Below are positions 54,601-64,000 of a stretch of 64,000 bases of DNA, in pieces. The notes under the pieces were generated by a model, which ran no database searches, was not told the DNA's origin, and saw only the letters and a program-made list of their open reading frames with translations. The translations under genes were made by a program, and so were the position numbers. The first letter of the stretch is position 1; the number at the start of each line of letters is the position of its first letter. Source of the stretch: an uncultured delta proteobacterium (lineage in GTDB: Bacteria; Desulfobacterota; Binatia; Binatales; Binataceae); contig CAWJET010000001.1 of assembly GCA_963842085.1 (NCBI GenBank), forward strand, positions 960,001 to 1,024,000, read 5' to 3'.

Positions 54601-55164
54601 ATGCCGACAAAGAAAAAACCAGCGAAACGGAAGAAGGCCGCGAAGCCCGCGCTCGGGCAACTCGAGCAACTGCGCAAGACCGTCAAGGCGCTGCGGGTCA
54701 AGTTCGAGCGCGAGGCCAGGGCGCGAAAGATCGAAGCGCGCTTCAGAAGCGAGGCGCAAAAGGCGCGTGCGCAACTCGCGTCGCAGATAGCGGCACTGCG
54801 CGACCAGGGACGCAAGCTCGCGTCCGAGCTAAGGTCCGCGCTGGGCGACGCTCGCAAGCGCGACGCAGCCCGTCAGCAGGCGATGGCCAGGATTGCGGAC
54901 CTCAGGGCGGAGTATTCGAAGAAGTCCGCGGAGCTGAGGTCGGAGCTATCGCGCACGACCGCGGAACTGGCGCGCAAGTCGGAGGAACTGAAGAAGCTTG
55001 CGGGCGAGGCGGCGCATCGCGCGGTCGAGATAATTCGCAGCGAAGCGCCTCACGCGGCGCCCGAGCCGTCAACCAGCGGGGGCTCAGAACCGCGTGCGGA
55101 ATCCCGGGCTACTTCGGAGCTTGAGGCCAGCGGCTATGAAAAGGAACCTGACGAAGAGCAATAG
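54601..55164 (+). CDS. Basic coiled-coil hypothetical protein
   Basis: GGAGG RBS; K-rich N-terminus; heptad pattern. Confidence 0.7.
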   Translation: MPTKKKPAKRKKAAKPALGQLEQLRKTVKALRVKFEREARARKIEARFRSEAQKARAQLASQIAALRDQGRKLASELRSALGDARKRDAARQQAMARIADLRAEYSKKSAELRSELSRTTAELARKSEELKKLAGEAAHRAVEIIRSEAPHAAPEPSTSGGSEPRAESRATSELEASGYEKEPDEEQ

Positions 55165-55316
55165 CCGCCGAAGTGACATGAGAGGACCGGCAGCGCGCGC
55201 CCATCAGGCCCGATTCAGTGATCGGGCCGGTTCTTCCGGGGGGCGCGGTCAGCGAGTCTCCCGCGCGCCGACGGCTCTAAACGGCGCGCGGGAACCCGCC
55301 AGGAAAACGAAATGAA

Positions 55317-55511
55317 TTAGGGCGCGGCCGGGCTGGCTGCGGCAGCAGGGCTCTCGGCCTCGGCAGCGCTGGGCGCCATCGCGGGGCTGGCGGCCTCGGC
55401 AGGCGCGGCCGCCGACGCAGCAGTTTCGGGAGCGGGAGCCGTCTCTTCGGATTTACTGCAGGCCGTCGCGAAGAACATCGAAACTAGTGCCAGAAGCAGG
55501 ACCTTGCGCAT
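55317..55511 (-). CDS. Small Ala/Pro-rich lipoprotein
   Basis: AAGGAG RBS; lipobox ATAC; low-complexity mature part. Confidence 0.8.
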   Translation of the reverse strand: MRKVLLLALVSMFFATACSKSEETAPAPETAASAAAPAEAASPAMAPSAAEAESPAAAASPAAP

Positions 55512-55720
55512 CGCTTTCTCCTTGGTTGGTCGGTGCTCAATTGAGCGCGGAAACTCGAAACGGGGCAAGAATACGATAGGTGCAGGACAACTTCAAGCGC
55601 GCGTTTTGCCCGGCGTCGGGCAGCCCTGCGCAGTTCGCTCACGGGCGGGCGAGCGAGAAATTTTTTGACTATTTCGTGGGCATCTGTATCATTCGATCAT
55701 TATTTTGCGCCTTGGGGCGG

Positions 55721-55969
55721 ATGAGTGGAGGTAGTCGGGTGGAAGAGCGGCGCGTTATTCTCGTGGGCATTGGGCTCGCAAATCGGCACAATTCTCGAAT
55801 CGTCGAGCATGAACTCGACATGGTGCGAAGCGCGGAGCGTTCGGTCGCAGGTGTGCGGCCACTGACGCGAATTCTCAACTGGCTGATGCCATCGGGACGG
55901 CTGGTAGGTCCTCCGATGCGCTCGGTGGCGCGAGAACTCGAAGAGGCGTATCCCGGCCGCGATATCTGA
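55721..55969 (+). CDS. Small hypothetical protein
   Basis: ORF fills the gap upstream of the RidA gene; no motif recognised; start uncertain. Confidence 0.45.
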   Translation: MSGGSRVEERRVILVGIGLANRHNSRIVEHELDMVRSAERSVAGVRPLTRILNWLMPSGRLVGPPMRSVARELEEAYPGRDI

Positions 55970-56020
55970 GCAAAGACTCGCGCGCATATCCTGACTTCGC
56001 TCGCGGGGAGGGAGACTACG

Positions 56021-56491
56021 ATGAGCGCGATCTCGCGAATCTCGAGCAATACGCCCTGGGAACCGATCTTCGGATATTCGCGGCTGGTCAGGGCGGGCGA
56101 CATTGTCGCGGTCTCGGGCACCACGGCCACCGACGAGCGCGGGCTGATCGTCGGCGCGGGACAGATGTACGTGCAGGCGCGTCAGGCGCTGGTCAACATC
56201 CGCACGGCGCTCGAGCGCGCGGGGCTCGCGATGCATCAAGTAATTCGCACGCGGGTGTTTGTCACGGACATGGGACGCTTTGCGGAAGCAGCTCGCGCGC
56301 ACAAGGAATTCTTCGCCGACTCGCCGCCCGCATCGACCATCGTAGGAGTGCGCCGGCTAGCTAATCCCGACATGATGATCGAGATAGAGGCCGACGCATA
56401 CGCGGGTAGTCAGACGGCGAGCGCGAAGCCCAAGCCGGCGATGAAATCCGCGAAGAAGCCGGCGTCGAAAAAACCCGCGCGCCGCAAGTAA
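56021..56491 (+). CDS. RidA/YjgF family protein with K/A/P-rich tail
   Basis: WEPIFGYSR, VSGTTA, VIRTR, PAST, IEIEADA. Confidence 0.92.
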   Translation: MSAISRISSNTPWEPIFGYSRLVRAGDIVAVSGTTATDERGLIVGAGQMYVQARQALVNIRTALERAGLAMHQVIRTRVFVTDMGRFAEAARAHKEFFADSPPASTIVGVRRLANPDMMIEIEADAYAGSQTASAKPKPAMKSAKKPASKKPARRK

Positions 56492-56511
56492 ACGCGCTCG
56501 ACAGGGCGGGG

Positions 56512-58008
56512 CTACGGATCGAGGGCGGCGGCGTGAATTCCTTCGGCGCCGCTGGCGGACTGAAATGCGTTGGCGGCGGAAGCGATATACGGCTGGGGAT
56601 AGACTCCGATCAAGATCGTAGCGAGTGCGGCCAGTCCGATCGAAGCCACCAGCGCGGGACGTGTACTCAGTCGCCGAACTTCGACGCCGCCCTCCTGCAT
56701 ATACATCGCGACCAATACATAAAAATAGTAATAGGCAGAGACTACGCTATTGAGTACAGCGATTATTACCAGTCCTACGTAGCCCTGATGCAGCGCCTCG
56801 CTGAAGATGTAGACTTTGCCGACGAAGCCGGCCATCGGCGGAACCCCGGTCAACGACAACAGGAAGACAGCCATTGCGCCCGCAAGCAAGGGTTGACGCG
56901 CCGCCAAGCCGCGAAAGTCGCTGATCTGATTGCCTACTTCGCCGCGCTTTTCGAGTGCGATTACTACCGAGAACGCGCCCAGGTTTGTGAATGCATATCC
57001 GAGTAAGTAATAAAGAATCGCCGGACCGGATTGCACTCCCGCCGCTATCCCCAGCAACAGGTAGCCCGCGTGCGCAATCGCGGAGTATGCAAGCATCCGC
57101 TTGATATTGGTCTGGACGACGGCGAGCAGATTTCCGCCCGTCATCGTCAACGCCGCAACTATCCACAGCACTGTCTGCCAGTGCGCGCCGATGGATGCGA
57201 AATCGACCAGGAAAACGCGGACAAAGGCGGCAAACGCGGCGAGCTTGACGCCCACCGCCATGAACGCGGTCACGGGAGTCGGCGCACCCTCGTAAACGTC
57301 AGGCAGCCACATATGAAATGGCACCGCGGCAACCTTGAAGCCGAAGCCGATCACCATCAGGCCGATGCCGAGCAGCAGCAGGGGATTCGATTCCATCGCG
57401 CCCGAGGCAACCGCGTCGTGAATCGGGCCGAGCTTGATCGTACCGGTCGCGCCGTACACCAGCGCGATTCCATAGAGCAGAAACCCGGTCGAGAACGCGC
57501 CCAGCAGAAAATATTTTATCGCCGCTTCATTCGATTTGGCGTTGCGGCGCATGATTCCCGCCAGCACGTACACCGTGATCGACATCGTCTCGAGACCGAG
57601 GAAGATGACTATCAGGTCGCCGGCCGCCGCCATCAGCATCATGCCAAGCGTGGAGAACAGCAGCAGCGAATAGTATTCGGCGCCGGGAATAAGGTTGTCG
57701 GCGGCGTAGTCGAGCGACATCATCACGGTGAACATCGCGGCGATCAAAATCACCAGCTCGAAAAATGCCGAGAAGCTGTCGATCGAGATCGCGCCCGCAA
57801 AGGCGAGACCGCTCTGTCCGAAGATTCCGAGTGTGAATACGAACGCCACGGCCAGCGACGCGAGCGTTATCAGGCCCAACCCTTCGCTCTCGCTATCGTC
57901 CACCTTCACGCCAACCAGCAGCACCACCATCGCGGCCACCGCAACGATGACCATCGGCAGAATTGGCAGCCACACGAAGTTGACCGCGGCCAGGTTAAAC
58001 GGACTCAT
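56512..58008 (-). CDS. nuoN: NADH-quinone oxidoreductase subunit N
   Basis: EAAIKYFLLG, FKVAAVPFHMWLPDVYEGAP. Confidence 0.96.
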   Translation of the reverse strand: MSPFNLAAVNFVWLPILPMVIVAVAAMVVLLVGVKVDDSESEGLGLITLASLAVAFVFTLGIFGQSGLAFAGAISIDSFSAFFELVILIAAMFTVMMSLDYAADNLIPGAEYYSLLLFSTLGMMLMAAAGDLIVIFLGLETMSITVYVLAGIMRRNAKSNEAAIKYFLLGAFSTGFLLYGIALVYGATGTIKLGPIHDAVASGAMESNPLLLLGIGLMVIGFGFKVAAVPFHMWLPDVYEGAPTPVTAFMAVGVKLAAFAAFVRVFLVDFASIGAHWQTVLWIVAALTMTGGNLLAVVQTNIKRMLAYSAIAHAGYLLLGIAAGVQSGPAILYYLLGYAFTNLGAFSVVIALEKRGEVGNQISDFRGLAARQPLLAGAMAVFLLSLTGVPPMAGFVGKVYIFSEALHQGYVGLVIIAVLNSVVSAYYYFYVLVAMYMQEGGVEVRRLSTRPALVASIGLAALATILIGVYPQPYIASAANAFQSASGAEGIHAAALDP

Positions 58009-59588
58009 CGTGCGGCCGCCGCCATCTCGGGTTCGCGGTTTGGTAGCGGCCGAGCCGCCGCAAGAGCGGGCAGGCGATTCGGCTGTCGTTCAAGCTCGAT
58101 TTGCGCCTCGGCGAAATTCGCTCTCGCCAGCATCGCAGTCACCGACGGCTCGATCCGGCTGATGAGCGGACGCGGGAAAAGCCCCATGAACAGCATCAGC
58201 GCGATCACCGGCACCATCACGGCGATCTCGCGGGCGTTCAGATCGCGAATCGTTTCGTTCACCGCTCTGGTGATCGGTCCGAACATCACGCGCTCGTAAG
58301 TCCAGAGCATGTACAGCGCCTCCAGGATCACACCCACGACTGCTATAGCCGTCGCCAGCCTGATCCGGATAAACGCGCCGAGCATGATCAGAAACTCGCC
58401 GACGAAGCCGTTGAGTCCGGGCAGCCCGATCGACGAGAGCATCACGACCATGAAGATCGCGGCGTAGACAGGCACGCGCTTCCACAGGCCGCCGAACTCG
58501 GAAATCTCGCGCGTGTGGCGCCGCATGTACAGCATGCCGACCAACAAAAACAATCCGCCGGTGGAAACGCCGTGATTGAGCATCTGGTAAATGGCGCCGT
58601 CGATACCCTCGGGGTTGAGCGCGAAGATTCCCAACATCACGAAACCGAGGTGACTGACCGATGAGTATGCGATCAGGCGTTTGAGGTCGGGTTGCATCAT
58701 CGCGACCAGCGCGCCGTAGATGATTCCGATTATGGCCAGCGCCATGAACAGCGGGATCGCCTCGACGGCGACCGTTGGAAACAGGGGAATCGCGAAACGC
58801 AGGAATCCGTAGGTACCCATCTTGAGCATCACCCCGGCAAGGATAACCGAGCCGGCGGTGGGCGCGTTGGTGTGGGCGTCGGGCAACCAGGTATGCACCG
58901 GCCACATCGGGACCTTGATCGCGAACGCCAGCGCGAAGGCCGCGAACAGCCAACGGCCCTGGGTATGCGTGAGCGGCACCTGGTAGAGCAGCGGCAAATC
59001 GAAGCTGATGCGGTTGAAATGCACGTGCGCCTGGTACACCAGGTACAGGATCGCGACCAGCATGAGCAGCGAGCCGACCATCGTGAACAGTACGAACTTG
59101 ATGGCGGCGTAAACCTTTCGGCCGTGCCCCCAGATGCCGATCAGGAAGTACATCGGGATCAGCATGATTTCCCAGAACATGTAGAACAGGAACAAATCGA
59201 CCGCGAGCAGTGTGCCGAGCAACCCGGTTTCCAGCACCAGCATGAAGAAGCAGAATTCGCGCGGCCGCTCTTCAATATCGCCGCCGCCGGAGTAAAGGAT
59301 CGACAGAGTAATCAAAATAGTAGTCAGTAGAACGAGAAACAGGCTAATGCCGTCAATACCGATATGGTATGTAATGCCGAATGCGGGAATCCAGTCGTAT
59401 TGCTCGGCGAACTGGTAGTCCGCGAGCTGCGGGTTAAATTCAAACAGGACGTAGAAGCTCAGCGCGAGCGGAAGCAGCGAGAAGATAAACGCGGAGTTCC
59501 AGATCGCACGCTCCTCACTCTGCATCAGGATGAAGAGCGCGCCGATCAGCGGCAGGAAAATCAGAGCTGTCAGCACGCCGCCGTTCAT
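58005..59588 (-). CDS. nuoM: NADH-quinone oxidoreductase subunit M
   Basis: GIDGISL, FWEIMLIPM, HTWLPDAH, LIAYSSVSH. Confidence 0.96.
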   Translation of the reverse strand: MNGGVLTALIFLPLIGALFILMQSEERAIWNSAFIFSLLPLALSFYVLFEFNPQLADYQFAEQYDWIPAFGITYHIGIDGISLFLVLLTTILITLSILYSGGGDIEERPREFCFFMLVLETGLLGTLLAVDLFLFYMFWEIMLIPMYFLIGIWGHGRKVYAAIKFVLFTMVGSLLMLVAILYLVYQAHVHFNRISFDLPLLYQVPLTHTQGRWLFAAFALAFAIKVPMWPVHTWLPDAHTNAPTAGSVILAGVMLKMGTYGFLRFAIPLFPTVAVEAIPLFMALAIIGIIYGALVAMMQPDLKRLIAYSSVSHLGFVMLGIFALNPEGIDGAIYQMLNHGVSTGGLFLLVGMLYMRRHTREISEFGGLWKRVPVYAAIFMVVMLSSIGLPGLNGFVGEFLIMLGAFIRIRLATAIAVVGVILEALYMLWTYERVMFGPITRAVNETIRDLNAREIAVMVPVIALMLFMGLFPRPLISRIEPSVTAMLARANFAEAQIELERQPNRLPALAAARPLPNREPEMAAAAR

Positions 59589-61510
59589 CGGCCCGTCACC
59601 AGGAACAGGTAGTAGGCCACGATGCCCAACGCACCCAGCAGGTAAACGAATGCGTAGTGCTGGACGTTGCCCGTTTCGGCCCGGCGCGCTACCTGACCGG
59701 AAGTCTGGACGGCAAGTCCGGCGCCCTCGGCGGCGCCGTCGATCACGAAGGTGTCGATTGCGCGGTTGAGTACATTATTCGATACCCAGAACAGAGGACG
59801 CGTGACGATGAAATTGTATAGTCCGTCGATGTAGTACTTGTTGAGTAGCAAGTCGTAGCCGGCCTTGAGCCGCCACGCCAGCAGCATCGGGATTCCCGGC
59901 AGGCGCAGGTACAACACGTATGCGAGCGCTATCCCGAATGCTGAAAAGGCGCTCGCGACGAAAGAGAGGGAAGTTGGGTTCGCCTCGAAGATCGGTTTGA
60001 AGGTACCGACGGCCGGCGTGAGGAATCGCACGAACGCATTTCCCCACAGCAGTCCGCCGGGAAGGTTTATCCATCCGCCGACCGTTGCGAGAATAGCCAG
60101 TACGATCAGCGGAATAGTCATTACGGCCGGGGATTCGTGGATGTGATGCTCTTTCTCAGCATCAACGTGTGACTCGCCGAAGAACGTCATGAAGATCAGG
60201 CGGAACATGTAGAACGAAGTGAAGCCGGCGGTGATCACACCGAGAAACCAGAGCCACGAATGTCCCGAGTCGTACGCGGCTTCGAGGATCAGGTCCTTGG
60301 AAAAATAACCAGAGAAAGGAGGCACGGCAGCGATCGCGAGCGTCGCGACGAACATGGTCCAGAACGTGATCGGCACCTTGCGGCGCAACGCGCCCATCTT
60401 GTTCATGTCCTGCTCGCCGCCGAGAGCATGCATCACTGAACCGGCGCAGAGAAACAGCAGGCCCTTGAAGAACGCGTGGGTCATGAGGTGGAAAATGCCC
60501 GAGGCATACGCGCCCGAGCCGACGCCGAGAAACATGTAGCCGAGCTGGCTGATGGTAGAGTAGGCGAGCACCTTCTTGATGTCGGGCTGGACGATCGCGA
60601 TGCTCGCGGCAAACAGCGCGGTAACCGCGCCAATCGTCGCCACCAGGTCGAGCGCGCTGGGCGCCATCGCATAGATGAAGCCGAGGCGCGCGATCATGTA
60701 CACGCCGGCGGTGACCATCGTCGCTGCGTGGATCAGCGCGCTGACCGGAGTCGGGCCGACCATCGCGTCGGGCAGCCACACATAGAGCGGAATCTGCGCT
60801 GACTTGCCGGTCGCGCCGATGAAGAGCAGGAACGCCGCCGCGGTCGCCGCGGCGCCGCCGAGCAAGGCAGTGTTGTTGCGCAGCTCGACGAAGTTCAGCG
60901 TCCACACGCCGTGCGCGCCGAGGGTGGCGACGATGGTGAAGATTCCGAGCAGAAAGCCCGCGTCACCGATTCGGTTGACGACGAATGCCTTGCGGCCGTT
61001 ATAGGCGTACTGAGGATTGGTGTACCAGAATGCGATTAGCAAGTAGGAACATAGTCCGACACCCTCCCATCCCACGAACATCATTAGCAAGTTGTCCGCA
61101 AGAATGAGTATCAACATCGATAGTGCGAAGAGGTTCATGTAGGTAAAGAAGCGCGCGAAGTCCTCGTCGTGCGCCATGTACCCAACTGAGTATAGATGGA
61201 TTAGTGCGCCGACTCCGGTGACTATCATCACCATCACGCCCGATAGCGCGTCGAGGCGCAGTCCGAACTCGGTGTGGAAGCGGCCCGCCTCGATCCATCC
61301 CCACAGATGCGCGGCCAGCGCGCCGCCCGGGGGCATCGCGAGCAGCGTCACAAATGCCCACGTCGCAACGCCGAAGGCAGCGAAGATGACGCCCGGGCCG
61401 ACGATGTTGACCGCGCTGCGTCCGTACCTGGCGCCGAAGAACAGGTTGAACACGACGCCGAGCGCCGGGAACATCAGGATTAGCGCGAGTGCTGGAAACT
61501 CAACCGTCAT
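59585..61510 (-). CDS. nuoL: NADH-quinone oxidoreductase subunit L
   Basis: WEGVGLCSYLLI, GKSAQIPLYVWLPDAM.GPTPVSALIHAATMV. Confidence 0.97.
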   Translation of the reverse strand: MTVEFPALALILMFPALGVVFNLFFGARYGRSAVNIVGPGVIFAAFGVATWAFVTLLAMPPGGALAAHLWGWIEAGRFHTEFGLRLDALSGVMVMIVTGVGALIHLYSVGYMAHDEDFARFFTYMNLFALSMLILILADNLLMMFVGWEGVGLCSYLLIAFWYTNPQYAYNGRKAFVVNRIGDAGFLLGIFTIVATLGAHGVWTLNFVELRNNTALLGGAAATAAAFLLFIGATGKSAQIPLYVWLPDAMVGPTPVSALIHAATMVTAGVYMIARLGFIYAMAPSALDLVATIGAVTALFAASIAIVQPDIKKVLAYSTISQLGYMFLGVGSGAYASGIFHLMTHAFFKGLLFLCAGSVMHALGGEQDMNKMGALRRKVPITFWTMFVATLAIAAVPPFSGYFSKDLILEAAYDSGHSWLWFLGVITAGFTSFYMFRLIFMTFFGESHVDAEKEHHIHESPAVMTIPLIVLAILATVGGWINLPGGLLWGNAFVRFLTPAVGTFKPIFEANPTSLSFVASAFSAFGIALAYVLYLRLPGIPMLLAWRLKAGYDLLLNKYYIDGLYNFIVTRPLFWVSNNVLNRAIDTFVIDGAAEGAGLAVQTSGQVARRAETGNVQHYAFVYLLGALGIVAYYLFLVTGR

Positions 61511-61519
61511 TGATATTCG

Positions 61520-61822
61520 TCACCATCTCAACAGGGTTAGGTCGTCGGCGTGGACGGTTTCGCGATTTCGGAAAATCGAAATTATAATGCCCAGGCCAAC
61601 GGCCGCTTCGGCCGCCGCGACCGTCATTACGAAGAACACGATCACCTGACCGTCCATCGAGCCAAACCGGCTGCCGAGCGCGATGAATGCGAGATTCACG
61701 GCGTTGAGCATCAGCTCGATCGACATGAACATCACCAGAATGTTGCGGCGGATGATCACGCCGGCGACACCGATGGCGAAGATGATCGCACTCAGCGACA
61801 TCATGTAGGTGAGCGGGATCAT
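61520..61822 (-). CDS. nuoK: NADH-quinone oxidoreductase subunit K
   Basis: RRN, SIELMLNAVNL, VAAAEAAVGL. Confidence 0.96.
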   Translation of the reverse strand: MIPLTYMMSLSAIIFAIGVAGVIIRRNILVMFMSIELMLNAVNLAFIALGSRFGSMDGQVIVFFVMTVAAAEAAVGLGIIISIFRNRETVHADDLTLLRW

Positions 61823-62355
61823 GATGCGATCTTCTTCGCCTTAGCGAGGGGATCATCGGTACCCGGCAGCCGCCGCGCCAGCGCTATCGAACCGACCACC
61901 GCCGCCAACAGCAGCACCGAGGTCACCTCGAACGCGACCAGATAGTCAGTGAACAGCTTGCCGGCGAGGCTTGCGAGCGAACCGTAGCCGACCGGCCCAT
62001 GAGTTAACTCCACCTGTAGATGAGGGGGCGCGAAGATTAACAGCAGCTCGGTCATCAGCAGAGCGGCTGCCAGCGAGCCGAAAACCTTGAGCGCGAGATG
62101 ACCCGTGGGACCGGTTTCGACCTGAAGATTCAACAGCCAGATCACGAACAGGAACAGAATCATGATCGCGCCGGCATAGACGATGATCTGCAGGAAACCG
62201 ACCACGACAGCGTTCTCGCCAATAAACAGGATGGCGATGGTCATCAGGGTTGAGATCAGGGCGAGCAGCGAATGTACCGGATTGCGCTGGACAATGACGC
62301 CGAGGGCGGAGACGATCGCCAACGCGCCAAGAAAGATGTAGAGGAACGGCGGCAT
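61819..62355 (-). CDS. nuoJ: NADH-quinone oxidoreductase subunit J
   Basis: RNPVHS, QIIVYAGAIMILFLFV, FEVTSVLLL; ATG overlaps the nuoH stop. Confidence 0.94.
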   Translation of the reverse strand: MPPFLYIFLGALAIVSALGVIVQRNPVHSLLALISTLMTIAILFIGENAVVVGFLQIIVYAGAIMILFLFVIWLLNLQVETGPTGHLALKVFGSLAAALLMTELLLIFAPPHLQVELTHGPVGYGSLASLAGKLFTDYLVAFEVTSVLLLAAVVGSIALARRLPGTDDPLAKAKKIAS

Positions 62356-63470
62356 CACTGGACTCTCCCGGTTGCGACCACGACGAATGCGGTCAGCAGC
62401 ACATTGAGGAGTCCGAGTGGCACCAGTCCTTTCCACCCCAGGCGCATCAATTGATCGTAGCGGAAGCGCGGCAGAGTCCATCGCACCATGGCGAGAAAGA
62501 TGCACAGCGCGACCACCTTGACCAGGAACGCGACGACGCCCAACAACGAGACTGCAAGCGCGGGAACCGCGATAAATGCGCCGCCCGGCAGGTGAAATCC
62601 ATCGAGCATCAGCCACGGAACCTGCCATCCACCGAGGAAAAACGTCGTCAGCAGCATCGCGACCAGCGACTGCTCGGCAAAGTCGGTGAGCATGAAGACC
62701 GCCTGCTTGCCGCCCGAGTATTCGGTGAAATAGCCCTGGATCAGCTCCGACTCGCTCTCGGGCAGGTCGAACGGAATGCGCTTGGATTCCGCCGCGCCCG
62801 CTACGAGCAGGAGAATGAAGGCGAGCGGCTGCGTAAAGATTCCCCACCGCGGCAGAAATCCGAACCACACGCCGCCCTGCCCGCGCACGATTTCCTGCAG
62901 GTTCAGTGTGCCGAAGGTCATGATCACCGACACGATCGCGAGTCCCATCGCCAACTCGTACGAGATCATCTGCGCGGTCGCGCGAATCCCGCCGAGCAGC
63001 GCCCATCGATTGTTCGAGGACCATCCCGCGAGCGCGATGCCGTATACGCCAAGCCCGATCGTCGCGAGCAGGTAGAGCGCGCCGGCGTTGAGGTTGGCGG
63101 CCTCGAGACCGATGCGATGGCCGGCGATCGAGATCGTGTCGCCAAACGGGATCACGACGAACGTGATCATCACCGGGAACAGCGCCAGGAACGGCGCGAG
63201 CGTGTGCAGGAATTTGTCCGCGCCGGCCGGGATGAAGTCTTCCTTGGTGAACATTTTAATGGGGTCGGCGATGGTGGTGTTGATGATGCCGAGGTTGGGC
63301 ATCCCTATGCGCTTGCCGAGGCCGGTGACGGTGACGCGATTCGAGCCGATTCGGTCCTGGATGAGCGCGCTGCCCTTGCGCTCGAAATAGAGCAGGAACA
63401 GCGACAGGCTCAATCCGAGCACGATCATCAGGATCGCTTTGATTGCGCCCGCGATTAACTCAATTGTCAC
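62355..63470 (-). CDS. nuoH: NADH-quinone oxidoreductase subunit H
   Basis: ERK, QDRIG.N, ADPIK, AQMISYE, PFDLPESESEL, PRFRYDQL. Confidence 0.95.
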   Translation of the reverse strand: MTIELIAGAIKAILMIVLGLSLSLFLLYFERKGSALIQDRIGSNRVTVTGLGKRIGMPNLGIINTTIADPIKMFTKEDFIPAGADKFLHTLAPFLALFPVMITFVVIPFGDTISIAGHRIGLEAANLNAGALYLLATIGLGVYGIALAGWSSNNRWALLGGIRATAQMISYELAMGLAIVSVIMTFGTLNLQEIVRGQGGVWFGFLPRWGIFTQPLAFILLLVAGAAESKRIPFDLPESESELIQGYFTEYSGGKQAVFMLTDFAEQSLVAMLLTTFFLGGWQVPWLMLDGFHLPGGAFIAVPALAVSLLGVVAFLVKVVALCIFLAMVRWTLPRFRYDQLMRLGWKGLVPLGLLNVLLTAFVVVATGRVQ

Positions 63471-63960
63471 GTGCGGCAAGCTCGTCGATGAGTTTGAGGG
63501 TGCTTTCTTCGGTGAGGTTTTCGACGAACGCGTCCTGGTTGAGCTGGAGCATCGGCGCGGTCCCGCACGAGGCCAGGCATTCGACCGAGGCCAGCGTGAA
63601 CTTGCCGTCAGGCGTCGTTTCGCCGAGCTCGATTTTCAGCCGGCGCCGGATGCAGTCCACGATTTTGTCGGCGCCGCGCAGCCGGCACGAGAGATTCGTG
63701 CACACGTCGAGCAGGTAGCGGCCGACGGGCTTGCGATGGTACATCGTGTAGAAGGTGACCACGGCGCGAACGTGCGCCGGCGGCAGTTCCATCAGATGTG
63801 CGACGTAGTCCTGCGTCGCATCGCTGAGCCATCCGAACTCGCGCTGCGCGATCCACAGCGTCGGCAGCAGCGCTGCCTGCCGCGTCGGATAGCGGGTGAG
63901 CATTTGGCGGTACTCGTCGAGCGCCGCGTCGGAAAACCTGGGTTGATCGTTCTCGGGCAT
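63460..63960 (-). CDS. nuoE: NADH-quinone oxidoreductase subunit E ([2Fe-2S])
   Basis: TFYTMY, CTNLSC, ECLASC..AP. Confidence 0.95.
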   Translation of the reverse strand: MPENDQPRFSDAALDEYRQMLTRYPTRQAALLPTLWIAQREFGWLSDATQDYVAHLMELPPAHVRAVVTFYTMYHRKPVGRYLLDVCTNLSCRLRGADKIVDCIRRRLKIELGETTPDGKFTLASVECLASCGTAPMLQLNQDAFVENLTEESTLKLIDELAARDN

Positions 63961-64000
63961 GGCCGGAGTATTACTGAGCCTTCAACATCGAAGTTCTTGA

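Noticed and set aside
63971-64000. 3' end of an upstream minus-strand gene (...SMLKAQ*)
   Set aside because: Too short to identify.

Overview
Bacterial chromosomal window, GC-rich, with a deltaproteobacterial-type gene order (a Binatota-like soil lineage is my inference, not verified). Bases 1-5.8 kb are a decaying accessory patch: an apparently truncated beta-barrel gene, a phased CAGGGAATT repeat array, an O-methyltransferase split by a 119-bp MITE, a frameshifted RutB-like pseudogene and a 1.3-kb IS. The rest is mostly core and metabolic genes: prx, rpoZ, rpoH-like sigma, gcdH, hldE, murJ, hemW, class I lysS, HPr-metK-ahcY, kdsB-pyrG-kdsA-lptC-lptA-rpoN-hpf-ptsN-rapZ and nuoE-H-J-K-L-M-N. 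The best finding is an ArsC/Spx-family selenoprotein (UxxC, in-frame TGA plus SECIS-like hairpin) that the ORF track truncates, enclosed by about 80-bp inverted REP-like arms. Others are a ZenA-like lactonase, an unannotated 41-aa K/R-rich protein, a His-rich collagen-like secreted protein with a sigma54-type promoter, several apparently leaderless genes and a composite dispersed repeat family. All family assignments come from motif recognition; no searches were run.
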